Shown here one piece after another: positions 30,244 to 39,498 of a DNA stretch of 53,672 nt. Position numbers and translations under genes: made by a program. Position 1 is the first letter of the stretch. Every line of letters starts with the position of its first letter. The notes beneath the pieces are model-generated. The model was not told where the DNA came from and searched no databases. It worked only from the letters and a program-made list of their open reading frames with translations. This stretch comes from Shigella phage vB_Shi_2KOFFS. The stretch lies in the sequence record PV615261; one strand, written 5' to 3'.

Positions 30244-30614
30244 TGGCTGGAAACTTACTGTTAGATTCTAACCACGATATTATTATTGGTCGTGGTGCAA
30301 CCAGGGTCGGTGGTGTAGAAGAGGTTGCTCAAATAGTTAAGTGCAGATTATTAACAGTGTTCGGAGAATGGAAACATGACACGACCACTGGCCTCCCTTG
30401 GTTCGAGGGAATCTTCACTAAGACTGTCAGAACTGCTGATATTGAAGCAGCCATCGCCAACGTCATTCGAAGCACCCCAGGTGTTCAACAACTTATCTCT
30501 ATAAATATTGATGCTGACTTCCGTGAGCGTGAAGTAAGAGTTTCATTCATTGCTATCTCAGATTATGGAAGTCTTGAGGATTACTTAACATGGCAACAAT
30601 CCAGTACGGCGTGA
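30243..30614 (+). CDS. baseplate wedge protein (GPW/gp25-like)
   Basis: 123 aa with LLDSNHDIIIGRGATRVGG...GEWKHDTTTGLPWFEGIF typical of GPW/gp25 family. Confidence 0.6.
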   Translation: MAGNLLLDSNHDIIIGRGATRVGGVEEVAQIVKCRLLTVFGEWKHDTTTGLPWFEGIFTKTVRTADIEAAIANVIRSTPGVQQLISINIDADFREREVRVSFIAISDYGSLEDYLTWQQSSTA

Positions 30615-31744
30615 CTGAAAACGGGTTCGTACAGAAGCCTGTTCAAGAAATCGTGTCGCACATTAATAGCAGATTCCGTAGCGTGTTCGGTGCCAACTTC
30701 GACATTAGTCCAGAAGGCCCAGATGGACAGGTTATTGGAATTATTTCAGAAGAAATTTCTAAGTGCTGGCAACAGGCTGAAATGGTATTCAATGCCTATC
30801 GTCCTGGTGCAATGCAGAAGGTTGGTCTGGACAACATCTGCGAACTAACCTTCACAAAGCGATTGGTCAATTGGCCGTCTCGTGTTGGTGTTCGTTGTGC
30901 TGGTCAGGCTGGCACTCTTGTCCCTGCTGGCTCTATTGTCAGTGACGGGACAATGAACTTCAAAACACAGTATGATTGTATTATTCCAGGAACTGTTACG
31001 GCAGTAGCAACTGAGTCTGGCGAATATTACATTGCTGCTAACACTGTTAATAAAATTGTTACCACAGTCGCAGGTTGGGAATCAGTTAACAACCCAGAGA
31101 TTGGGCAAACAGGTGTGGATTATGAGTCTGACCCAGCACTTCGTATCCGCCGTGACAGAACTACTGCGCACAGCGGTTCAGCATTTGTTGAAGCTATTTA
31201 CGCTGCACTCGCTGACCTTAATCTTTCTTACATTCGTATTCGTGATAATGATACCGGCGCTCCTATTGGGACTCAGCCTTCGGGTACAGTATTTGTTGTC
31301 GTAGAGGGTGGAACAGAAGACGAAATTGCTCGTCGAATTTATTCCTCCAAAACAGGCGGTGTTCCTACCCATGGTACTACATCCGTATCTATCTACGATA
31401 GTAAAGGCTATCCGCACGAAATTAAGTTCAGTCGTCCAGAAGATGCAACCATTTATGTAACTGGTACATTCAAGCGTCGCCCTGGTTCTAATATTAGTTC
31501 CAACGATGCGGCACGCCAGTTGCAAACGGCTATGATGGAGTATATCAACTCCCTGAACCCAGGTGATTCTGTTATCTGGTCAGAATGTTTCAAGCCTATC
31601 ATGGACGCTACTAACGGTGTTCAGGTTGATTCATTATTCATTGGTACTTCTGCGAGTCCAACTGGAATTGCTACAATCGAACTGGACATTGACAAGAAGG
31701 CTGTAGCCACATCTGCGTCTGTAGTTTTCACTGAAACACCATAA
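30590..31744 (+). CDS. baseplate J-like protein
   Basis: 384 aa directly after the GPW-like gene; order matches Mu gp46-gp47 / P2 W-J. Confidence 0.55.
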   Translation: MATIQYGVTENGFVQKPVQEIVSHINSRFRSVFGANFDISPEGPDGQVIGIISEEISKCWQQAEMVFNAYRPGAMQKVGLDNICELTFTKRLVNWPSRVGVRCAGQAGTLVPAGSIVSDGTMNFKTQYDCIIPGTVTAVATESGEYYIAANTVNKIVTTVAGWESVNNPEIGQTGVDYESDPALRIRRDRTTAHSGSAFVEAIYAALADLNLSYIRIRDNDTGAPIGTQPSGTVFVVVEGGTEDEIARRIYSSKTGGVPTHGTTSVSIYDSKGYPHEIKFSRPEDATIYVTGTFKRRPGSNISSNDAARQLQTAMMEYINSLNPGDSVIWSECFKPIMDATNGVQVDSLFIGTSASPTGIATIELDIDKKAVATSASVVFTETP

Positions 31745-31752
31745 GGTTAATA

Positions 31753-32397
31753 ATGGCTGGTAAATCTGGTTTAGATATGCTGCTAATGCAGTATAGCGAT
31801 TCTCCAAACTTACGGGCGTACATTCAGATTTTCTTGGACGAGTTAAAGCTCGTCCAGAATGCTCAAGAAGAGTCTGTTAAATACCGATACCTTGCCGATT
31901 CATTTGGCGTTATGGTTGATGATATTGCATACCTCGTTGGTGCCAGCCGTACTATCTATGGTGCTGCACCACTTGGGTACTTCGGCTTCTATTCTGACCC
32001 AAGTGCATTCCCTGCCGGAGATGACAATAATCCTGGCGTTGGTGGCATTTTGAAGTCAGATGGTGACCGGGACTCTGGTGACTTTGTTCGTACCGATACT
32101 CAACTTAAAGATGCAATACGTGCACGTATCCGCAAGGTTGTAGGAAGCTGCACAATCGAAGAACTGATTGTTTATGTGGACCTTGTTCTTGGTCGTAGCC
32201 TGAATCTTGAAATCATTGAAGGATTCCAGACTCTACATTACCAAGTACATAACACACTGTCAGTTGCAGAGAAAGTGTTGTTGGCTTACATGCTTCCAGA
32301 CTTTAAGCCTGTTGGCATCTCCATAACTCTTTCGGACAATGGTGGTGCTATTGAACTCCCATATGTTTCTAAAGTTTATCCACCGGAGAACCGATGA
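31753..32397 (+). CDS. baseplate/tail protein (gpI-like position)
   Basis: 214-aa ORF between J-like gene and fibre genes. Confidence 0.45.
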   Translation: MAGKSGLDMLLMQYSDSPNLRAYIQIFLDELKLVQNAQEESVKYRYLADSFGVMVDDIAYLVGASRTIYGAAPLGYFGFYSDPSAFPAGDDNNPGVGGILKSDGDRDSGDFVRTDTQLKDAIRARIRKVVGSCTIEELIVYVDLVLGRSLNLEIIEGFQTLHYQVHNTLSVAEKVLLAYMLPDFKPVGISITLSDNGGAIELPYVSKVYPPENR

Positions 32398-33593
32398 CAA
32401 ATCGTTTGAATTACCCAGAATATTGGGCGCAGGATGGCGAAGCACTTGACCCCGATTTGGATACGACTGCACCATCCTATATCCCAGACCGATACGAAAA
32501 TGTCGGCTGGGAAGCTGAAAAGCCTCCCGAACAATGGCAGAACTTCTTAACTCAAATCACTGACGTTAAGATTCGAGATATGTTGGTTGGTGGGATATTG
32601 CAATGGTGTGATACCGTAACATATTCGCTTGGCGCTTTTGCAATAGTTGATGGTAAGATTTATCAGAAGCGGGAAGAGATTCCTGGCAATATAAGTCCTC
32701 CAACCTCCGGAAGTGGTTGGCAAGAGGTTCTTGAGACAAACCTTGTTAAGTTTAATGAAAAGGTTCAATATCTCAAGAATGTGTTCAATGCTCATATGGC
32801 AGAACAGAACCCTCATAAAGATACTGTAGACACAATTGTTGATGGGACATACCTTCAAGAATATGTGTACGACAGATTCGCCAGCGACGAACGAGTTACA
32901 ACAATCCCATATCACATCTCCAGAACCGGCGCATCTGTCCACAGAGTAACTCCAGAACAGCTTGGAACACTTCCAACATCTGGTGGGACTTTCACAGGAC
33001 CGATAACTTTCACCGAAGAAGCATATGCTGGTGGCGGTGTTTCACAATATGTACACCGAAATGATTCGACTGGCATATTCGAATTGGTTAATGGGACTAC
33101 TGCAATTGGTGTGGACAGTAGTGGTCATGCGTGGTTCATAAACTCCGCCGGTGCTTTTGAAATCATTACGGAAGCAAACTACAACAAGTTCAACATTAAG
33201 TATGGGAACCAGTTTGCACTCCCTGTTCCAATGCTTCGTGCTGACTTTCATGAAGACATTAATGACGCAGGGTCTGTTGGTCTGTGGACCGTTGAGACAA
33301 CCACTGCCCCAGAATTTTGGTATGGCGGATTTAACATCTCCAACAATGGGTTGAAGTTCTTTGGACCAACCTTCAATATCCCGACCACTGTGGTTGTTGT
33401 AGTTACTACCGATGAAGTTGATGTAGTTATGCGAACTTCTAATGAAGATTCTTTCAGCTTTCCAGACGGACTTGACCTGAAAGACTACATTGATAACAAA
33501 CTCTTTGCAGATAAGAATGTAATGGCTCTAAGATTCTTTGAGGTATATCCAAGACTTTCTGCTAACCAAATCTCTATGCTTGCGAGACGATAA
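32394..33593 (+). CDS. tail fibre protein
   Basis: Fibre motif NPHKDT...QLGTLPTSGGTFTGPITFT shared with the next gene. Confidence 0.6.
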   Translation: MTNRLNYPEYWAQDGEALDPDLDTTAPSYIPDRYENVGWEAEKPPEQWQNFLTQITDVKIRDMLVGGILQWCDTVTYSLGAFAIVDGKIYQKREEIPGNISPPTSGSGWQEVLETNLVKFNEKVQYLKNVFNAHMAEQNPHKDTVDTIVDGTYLQEYVYDRFASDERVTTIPYHISRTGASVHRVTPEQLGTLPTSGGTFTGPITFTEEAYAGGGVSQYVHRNDSTGIFELVNGTTAIGVDSSGHAWFINSAGAFEIITEANYNKFNIKYGNQFALPVPMLRADFHEDINDAGSVGLWTVETTTAPEFWYGGFNISNNGLKFFGPTFNIPTTVVVVVTTDEVDVVMRTSNEDSFSFPDGLDLKDYIDNKLFADKNVMALRFFEVYPRLSANQISMLARR

Positions 33594-34984
33594 TGTTAAG
33601 ACCAAAACTTAATAGAGTCTGGACTTCAAACAATGCCAACCTACGGCGTGACCCTGGGGATGCCAAATATCTCCAAGGGTGGATTGCAGAAATCCCAACC
33701 TTCCAGGTTCTTAACTATTTGCAGTATAAGGTTGACACTACTCTCCTAGCACTGGCTGAGCGTGGTGTCTTCGAATGGGGAACCGATGTTCAGTATGGAC
33801 TTGGTTCCCTCGTGTGGGATGATGCAACTCGAACTGTTTATGTTGCAACTGTTGGTTCTCCTAGCCGTACTTTACGTCCTAGTGAGAACTTGGGGCAGTG
33901 GGCTGCAAGTGCTATTCAAGTATCTCGTTACGACTACGATGATATTGTTAGCAAGATTTCTGCACACATCGCAGATACCACTTCCAACCCACATCGACTG
34001 ACAGCCAATATGATTGGTGCATACAACAAAGCACAAATCGATTCGCTGATTTCTCAGTACAATGCCCTTGTTGCGAGTCATGCCAATGACCGGAACAATC
34101 CTCATAAAGTAACTGCTGCCCAGGCAGGTGCTGTTCCTGTCGCTGGAGGTACTTACACCGGACCTGTTACATTCCAGCAAGGTATGCTGTTCGATGTAAG
34201 CGGTACTTCTAAGTTATCGTTTGGTCCTGCTGGCCTTTATATGCAGTCAGGTGACGAACGTATTGGGCTGGATGCCAGTGGTGTTCCGGTTGTTGGTAAG
34301 GCATCAACAAACACCAACTCTCGAATTATTACTGATGCAATATTTGCAGAAGTTAAGGCGCGAGAAGAGCCAAAGTATGCAGTACCTGCACCAAATTTCT
34401 GTCAGCACTTGATTGGCGATTTTAATATCAACTCTGGCAAGGGTGCAATCAATGCCTCCGACAGTCTATATTTTAACAACGATTATGGTGGCGCTCTGTA
34501 CAGAACTGCTGGGCAGGATGTTCGAGAAACTCTTTACGAAGGTGCGGGATACGGATTTACAGACTGCACAATCTGTGTGGATGTTCTTTCCAACTCACCT
34601 CGTGCGCCGAGCAGTGACGATTCTGTTGGCGTATTCTTCTCCCTAAATGGATTGAATAGTGAGAACATAGACTTCTATTTGCAGAACAAGGGGCAGCTCA
34701 ACCTTAACCGAAATGCCTCTGGTGCTAGTGACTGGATTTACTATAATCTCCCTAACCGAGTGAATCGCTGGTATCGTATTGCTGCAACCCTAAGCACGAC
34801 CACTGGACTTGAAATATACGTTGATGGTGTTCGTGTGGCTTCTGATGCCTCGCAGAATGGTGCGGCTGCATGTGTTGGCAGGTATCCTCAGATTCATTTC
34901 CAGCCAACATCAAGAAACTATGCTGTTCGCAACTTCCGAGTTTGGGATTTCAAAATGACACCAAACCAAATCTCTACTTTATAA
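33593..34984 (+). CDS. tail fibre protein with C-terminal lectin (LamG/ConA-like) domain
   Basis: NPHKVTAAQAGAVPVAGGTYTGPVTF fibre repeat; C-terminal ...WYRIAATLSTTTGLEIYVDGVRVASD lectin-fold-like block. Confidence 0.6.
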   Translation: MLRPKLNRVWTSNNANLRRDPGDAKYLQGWIAEIPTFQVLNYLQYKVDTTLLALAERGVFEWGTDVQYGLGSLVWDDATRTVYVATVGSPSRTLRPSENLGQWAASAIQVSRYDYDDIVSKISAHIADTTSNPHRLTANMIGAYNKAQIDSLISQYNALVASHANDRNNPHKVTAAQAGAVPVAGGTYTGPVTFQQGMLFDVSGTSKLSFGPAGLYMQSGDERIGLDASGVPVVGKASTNTNSRIITDAIFAEVKAREEPKYAVPAPNFCQHLIGDFNINSGKGAINASDSLYFNNDYGGALYRTAGQDVRETLYEGAGYGFTDCTICVDVLSNSPRAPSSDDSVGVFFSLNGLNSENIDFYLQNKGQLNLNRNASGASDWIYYNLPNRVNRWYRIAATLSTTTGLEIYVDGVRVASDASQNGAAACVGRYPQIHFQPTSRNYAVRNFRVWDFKMTPNQISTL

Positions 34985-34993
34985 GGTAATGTA

Positions 34994-36346
34994 ATGGCTA
35001 AAGGTTGGTCATTTGGCGGCTTAATTGCCGCCTTAAAGTCTGCTGCATTCTTAAATGCAGGTACTGCTCGTGGTGAAGTAATCACTGTTGGACAAAAGAA
35101 TGCCCAGATTCCAACCACAGCATTTGTAACAAACTTCAATTTCAATACATACACATTCACCAATGGTGAAGTTCTATATGTTGAGATGAACTCTGCTGTA
35201 AACGTTCCACCAGAGTTACAGAAGTGGGACCTTGGGAAGTTCAGCGGAGCATATGTAATCATAACTGTGCTTGGAATTTCTGATAACAGCAATGCCTCCA
35301 TCCTCGTAACGCATGGTGAGGCAGCACGACCTCCAATCATGTACTATTCTCGCGGACCGTCTGGTAGCAGGTCGTACACAGCGCAACCCCTAATGTCTTG
35401 CAAGGATGCCGGAAGCGCGAACATTAACCTGTTTACAGGTGCGTCAGATGTTGGTGTTTATTATCAAGAGTCTGATGCTGTTGCTGGTTCTGCTGGCGGC
35501 TATCCAGCAGCACATGCTGGCACACTGGAAGTTTTGCCAACTGCATATGGTGTACAGCAACGCTATACATCCATATATGGTAACGTTTGGGTTCGTAGTC
35601 GTACGCTTGATTCCTCGCAGAATTGGGCTGATTGGAGGGAGCTTGCGCGAGTAAATCAGCGCGACCGCATCACAGAAGTTGGTGCAATGGAGTTGTATAA
35701 CGATATTCCATACATCGACTTCCACTATGCAAACTCTGGTTTAGACTACACTGCACGTATTATCGCAGAAGGATACAATCAGTTAGCTTTACGTGGAACT
35801 GGTCAAGACTTCAAGCTGTTCCTGAGTGGGCAGTATCGCGGTATAACTTGGGGCCGTGGTTGGGGCCAAGAGACAGATGGGAACGTCCCTTATGGAGTGT
35901 ACAACTGTGAAGTTGGTCCAGATGCCTGGGTCCCAATCTTGACGCTACAAACTGTAACAACTGGTCAAGGGTATGGAACCCATATTTCGTTTGGCGCATA
36001 CAGCAGAAATAATGATTTCTCAAATCCTGTAATCTCACGACGTGGTGATAATGGTGCTGTACACAACTGGACATTCCAGAATGACGGCAACATTGACTAC
36101 ACTGGCAATGGTGGTCCATTCCGTTTTGCACGGGAGAATTGGGTAAACTCTTCTTTCATGAGCGATATTCGCCTGGCCTCCTACCAAGAGACTACCACAT
36201 GGCGTGGCTACGGGTATCGAGATGAATCTGGTTGGGTAATCACTGCTGTAATCAACCAAACTGCTGACGAATTCATCGACTACGTTGGTCGTCGTAAACT
36301 CCAGAAATATATGAATGGAACATGGTATGACAGCTATTCTGTGTAA
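34994..36346 (+). CDS. tail fibre / receptor-binding protein
   Basis: 450-aa Gly/Tyr/Asn-rich ORF in fibre block. Confidence 0.5.
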   Translation: MAKGWSFGGLIAALKSAAFLNAGTARGEVITVGQKNAQIPTTAFVTNFNFNTYTFTNGEVLYVEMNSAVNVPPELQKWDLGKFSGAYVIITVLGISDNSNASILVTHGEAARPPIMYYSRGPSGSRSYTAQPLMSCKDAGSANINLFTGASDVGVYYQESDAVAGSAGGYPAAHAGTLEVLPTAYGVQQRYTSIYGNVWVRSRTLDSSQNWADWRELARVNQRDRITEVGAMELYNDIPYIDFHYANSGLDYTARIIAEGYNQLALRGTGQDFKLFLSGQYRGITWGRGWGQETDGNVPYGVYNCEVGPDAWVPILTLQTVTTGQGYGTHISFGAYSRNNDFSNPVISRRGDNGAVHNWTFQNDGNIDYTGNGGPFRFARENWVNSSFMSDIRLASYQETTTWRGYGYRDESGWVITAVINQTADEFIDYVGRRKLQKYMNGTWYDSYSV

Positions 36347-36857
36347 GTATGAAGGGTTTGTTGAGAATACAAGCCTGACTGAAAGCCAACAAGTGCTCAG
36401 GGACGAGCACAAGATTCTATTCGGATGCGATAAGAATGGAACATGTTGGTATAAAATTCGTGAGTCTTTAAAGGACGGTACAGCCAAAGTTGTGTACGAA
36501 AATGATGGGACTATTCGACACATTGACTTTGGTCCTGGTGATACTGTGGCCACACCGCTGGGTGGGAACATAGTTGAGCTGGAGTCGCTGCCAGAGGGTG
36601 TTGAAGAAAACAGACACTTTTGGAAGTTTGATGGTGAGAAGTTTGTCGAGCATAAAGAAAACCGTGTGAAATACAACGAGTTTATGCGTAAGAAGAAACT
36701 TGCACCATTGACGGAAGAAATTGGCATTCTCACTGACATGGTTGAGCTTGGCATGGCCAAGAAGTCTGACAACGAACTGCTTATTAAACTCAAGAAGAAG
36801 CGTATCAAACTGTCTCAACTCGACCTAACCGAAACAATCGACTGGAATGAATTCTAA
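36327..36857 (+). CDS. tail fibre assembly chaperone (Tfa-like)
   Basis: C-terminal LTDMVELGMAKKSDNELLIKLKKKRIKLSQLDL resembles the conserved C-terminal region of Mu/P2-type tail fibre assembly proteins. Confidence 0.6.
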   Translation: MTAILCKYEGFVENTSLTESQQVLRDEHKILFGCDKNGTCWYKIRESLKDGTAKVVYENDGTIRHIDFGPGDTVATPLGGNIVELESLPEGVEENRHFWKFDGEKFVEHKENRVKYNEFMRKKKLAPLTEEIGILTDMVELGMAKKSDNELLIKLKKKRIKLSQLDLTETIDWNEF

Positions 36858-37198
36858 TGGATAGACAAACTTTCCAGATGATTTGGGAAGCAATGCACCA
36901 ATACGGCGTTTGGCATGGACTGTTGGCTGGACTGACAGCCTTAATCCGTGGTGCATATGAGAGTGAGGGTTTAAGCAAAGCGTTGCTGGATGCGACGCTA
37001 TGCAGCTTAATCGGCCTGTTTGCATTTCAGGTCGCAGGTACATTTGAAACTTTCACAACTAACGTTACTATGCAGTTGGTGTTAGCTATTGTGATTGGTG
37101 TCATTGGTGCCAACCTCATTATCACAACTGTCAGAGAAAGTTTCTCTGGCGCAATCAAACAACTTAATCCTTTGACGTGGTTCAAGAAGGCACGATGA
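36857..37198 (+). CDS. holin (three predicted transmembrane segments)
   Basis: 113 aa with three hydrophobic helices; immediately upstream of the hydrolase. Confidence 0.6.
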   Translation: MDRQTFQMIWEAMHQYGVWHGLLAGLTALIRGAYESEGLSKALLDATLCSLIGLFAFQVAGTFETFTTNVTMQLVLAIVIGVIGANLIITTVRESFSGAIKQLNPLTWFKKAR

Positions 37199-37215
37199 AA
37201 TGGTAAGGAACCCGA

Positions 37216-37770
37216 ATGTTATCATTCAAAGTCCTTGCACTTCTGACAGCTTTAGTTCACATCAACGCCCCAGCTTCGGTTGGGGCAGTGAATTCTGCTA
37301 TTACAGATTTTGCAAGTCACTCTTATTTAAATGGAAGTCTGAAACTATCTTCTTCACAACGCAAAGAGCTAGAATGCTACACTAAAGTTATCTGGTATGA
37401 AGCTCGCGGAGAAGACAAACATGGAAAGATTCTGGTAGCTAATGTCGTCCGTAATAGAACTAAGTTCGGGAAGCCATTCGCTAACACCGTTTGTGATGTT
37501 GTCTATCAACGCAACCAATTTGCATGGACACGAGAAGCAAAGAAGAAGAATGCTCAATGGAAGCATGTAGCAAAGGTTAATTATGCCACAGAACAACAAC
37601 AAGTTCTGGACACCATTAATGTTGCAATCTCTTTTGTATTATTTAATCAACCCTCTGTCACCAAAGCAACCCACTTTTGTACAGCATCGGAGAAGTGCAA
37701 CTTCAAGAATGTTAAAGGTTTGGGACGTTATGGTGGCCATAAATTCTATGAGTATCTAGGAAATCTGTAA
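37216..37770 (+). CDS. SleB-type cell wall hydrolase with N-terminal signal peptide (endolysin)
   Basis: Signal-like [24 protein letters not shown]; SleB-family block [28 protein letters not shown]...[13 protein letters not shown]. Confidence 0.7.
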   Translation: MLSFKVLALLTALVHINAPASVGAVNSAITDFASHSYLNGSLKLSSSQRKELECYTKVIWYEARGEDKHGKILVANVVRNRTKFGKPFANTVCDVVYQRNQFAWTREAKKKNAQWKHVAKVNYATEQQQVLDTINVAISFVLFNQPSVTKATHFCTASEKCNFKNVKGLGRYGGHKFYEYLGNL

Positions 37771-38870
37771 TGGCTTACACTACCTTTTCACAAACCAAGA
37801 ATAACCAACTATTAGAACCAATGTTCTTTGGTCAGAACGTTAACGTTGCTCGATATGACCAACAGAAGTACAGCATCTTCGAGAAGTTAATCGAGAAGCA
37901 GTTATCTTTCTTTTGGCGACCTGAGGAGGTTGATGTTAGCCAGGACCGAATTGACTATGCTGGTCTTCCTGAGTGTGAGAAACACATTTTCACCAGCAAT
38001 TTACGATACCAAATCCTGCTTGATTCCATTCAGGGACGCGGACCAACCACAGTTTTACTACCAATTGTGAGCATTCCTGAGCTGGAAACTTGGATTGAAA
38101 CTTGGTCATTTTCGGAGACAATTCACTCTCGCTCTTACACGCATATTATTCGTAATATCGTGACAGACCCAAGTGTCATTTTCGATGAAATTGTGGAGAA
38201 TGAGCACATTAAAATGCGTGCAATCGGCATCTCCCAATATTATGACGAGCTTCAACATCTGACTTCCATGTGGCATCTGCATGAAGATAAAGTTTCTCTT
38301 CGTGAGCTTAAGAAGAAGCTGTATTTATGCCTCATGTCCATTAATGCACTGGAAGCAATTCGCTTTTATGTCAGTTTTGCTTGCTCATTTGCCTTCGCTG
38401 AACGTAAGTTAATGGAAGGAAATGCCAAGATTATTCGCTTAATTGCTCGTGATGAAGCACTCCATTTGACCGGAACTCAGCACATGCTGAACCTTCTTGC
38501 AAGCGGTGTTGATGACCCAGAAATGGCCGAAATTGCTAAAGAATGCCGTCAAGAATGCCAAGAAATGTTCGAAAATGTGGCCCAACAAGAGAAAGATTGG
38601 GCTGATTATTTGTTCAAAGATGGCTCAATGATTGGCTTAAATAAGCAAATTCTGTGCGGATATGTGGAATATATCACGAATATTCGTATGCAAGCAGTTG
38701 GATTGGATGCTCCATTCAAAGGTGCTACTAACCCGATTCCTTGGATTAACGCATGGCTAAATTCGGATGCTGTACAAGTTGCTCCACAAGAAACGGAGAT
38801 TAGTTCGTACCTTGTCGGGCAGATTGATTCCGAAGTGGACACCAATGCTCTGGGCGGATTTGAGCTGTAA
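37770..38870 (+). CDS. nrdB: ribonucleotide reductase small subunit (class Ia R2-like)
   Basis: [20 protein letters not shown] and [30 protein letters not shown] match iron-ligand and tyrosyl-radical regions of class Ia NrdB. Confidence 0.75.
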   Translation: MAYTTFSQTKNNQLLEPMFFGQNVNVARYDQQKYSIFEKLIEKQLSFFWRPEEVDVSQDRIDYAGLPECEKHIFTSNLRYQILLDSIQGRGPTTVLLPIVSIPELETWIETWSFSETIHSRSYTHIIRNIVTDPSVIFDEIVENEHIKMRAIGISQYYDELQHLTSMWHLHEDKVSLRELKKKLYLCLMSINALEAIRFYVSFACSFAFAERKLMEGNAKIIRLIARDEALHLTGTQHMLNLLASGVDDPEMAEIAKECRQECQEMFENVAQQEKDWADYLFKDGSMIGLNKQILCGYVEYITNIRMQAVGLDAPFKGATNPIPWINAWLNSDAVQVAPQETEISSYLVGQIDSEVDTNALGGFEL

Positions 38871-39015
38871 CGATTATATGCGAGAAGAGATTCGATGCGT
38901 TAGCATCGTTTCTCTTTGAGCTAGAATAAAACAAGTAAATTAAATATTTATTTATTCCCAATATTGCTACAATATTAAGAGTAATATTAGGAATGCGTAA
39001 AGTTAAAACCAAATG

Positions 39016-39050
39016 GTACATGGTCGGTCAACTGTACCTGCTTCAATCTT
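39016..39050 (+). repeat. 35-40 nt intergenic repeat element, copy 1
   Basis: GTACATGGTCGGTCAACTGTACCTGCTTCAATCTT; second copy at 42611-42650. Confidence 0.6.
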
Positions 39051-39419
39051 CGTTCACGGTCGGTCAGCTGTATCTCGCCGAAATTTGTTCGAACAGTTGT
39101 CTGACTATGAAATAATTTTTTTTTTATAATTTTTTTTTATTCTTAATATTGTTACAGAATTAATGAGACTAAAATTCGTAACAAAGCTACGAGACTCGAC
39201 TTGTTACAATATTAATGAGACTCGAATTGTGGCAATATTAATTTTTTATTTTTAGGGGCCGGGGAGCAGAAGCCCAACGTCCTATCGGACTTAAATACGG
39301 TCCCTACTCCAACTTTTTCCTACAGCCTATCGGCTTTCAAACAACACCAAGTTAGGCGCTTCGCTTATAAGTCAAGGTCAAAGGCAATCAGAGTACGCTG
39401 TTGTAATGTGCTAATCTCA

Positions 39420-39436
39420 CCATTAGTTGGTTGTGA
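39420..39436 (+). promoter_or_regulatory. conserved promoter-like motif (CATTAGTTGG family), upstream of RNA polymerase gene
   Basis: cCATTAGTTGGtTGTGA; one of at least 9 copies of consensus ACATTAGTTGGATGTGAA. Confidence 0.45.
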
Positions 39437-39498
39437 TTATGAATAGGCTACGCAAGTCTAATCCGTTTCAGTTAAATCATAATCAATTGGAGACTATC

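Noticed and set aside
36035-36808. Long reverse-strand ORFs (e.g. 36035..36808 257 aa, 22156..22770 204 aa, 16185..16676, 17221..17715, 18594..19139)
   Set aside because: All lie antisense to strongly codon-biased + strand genes, lack ribosome-binding sites, and have low-complexity translations; every supported gene in the window is on the + strand.
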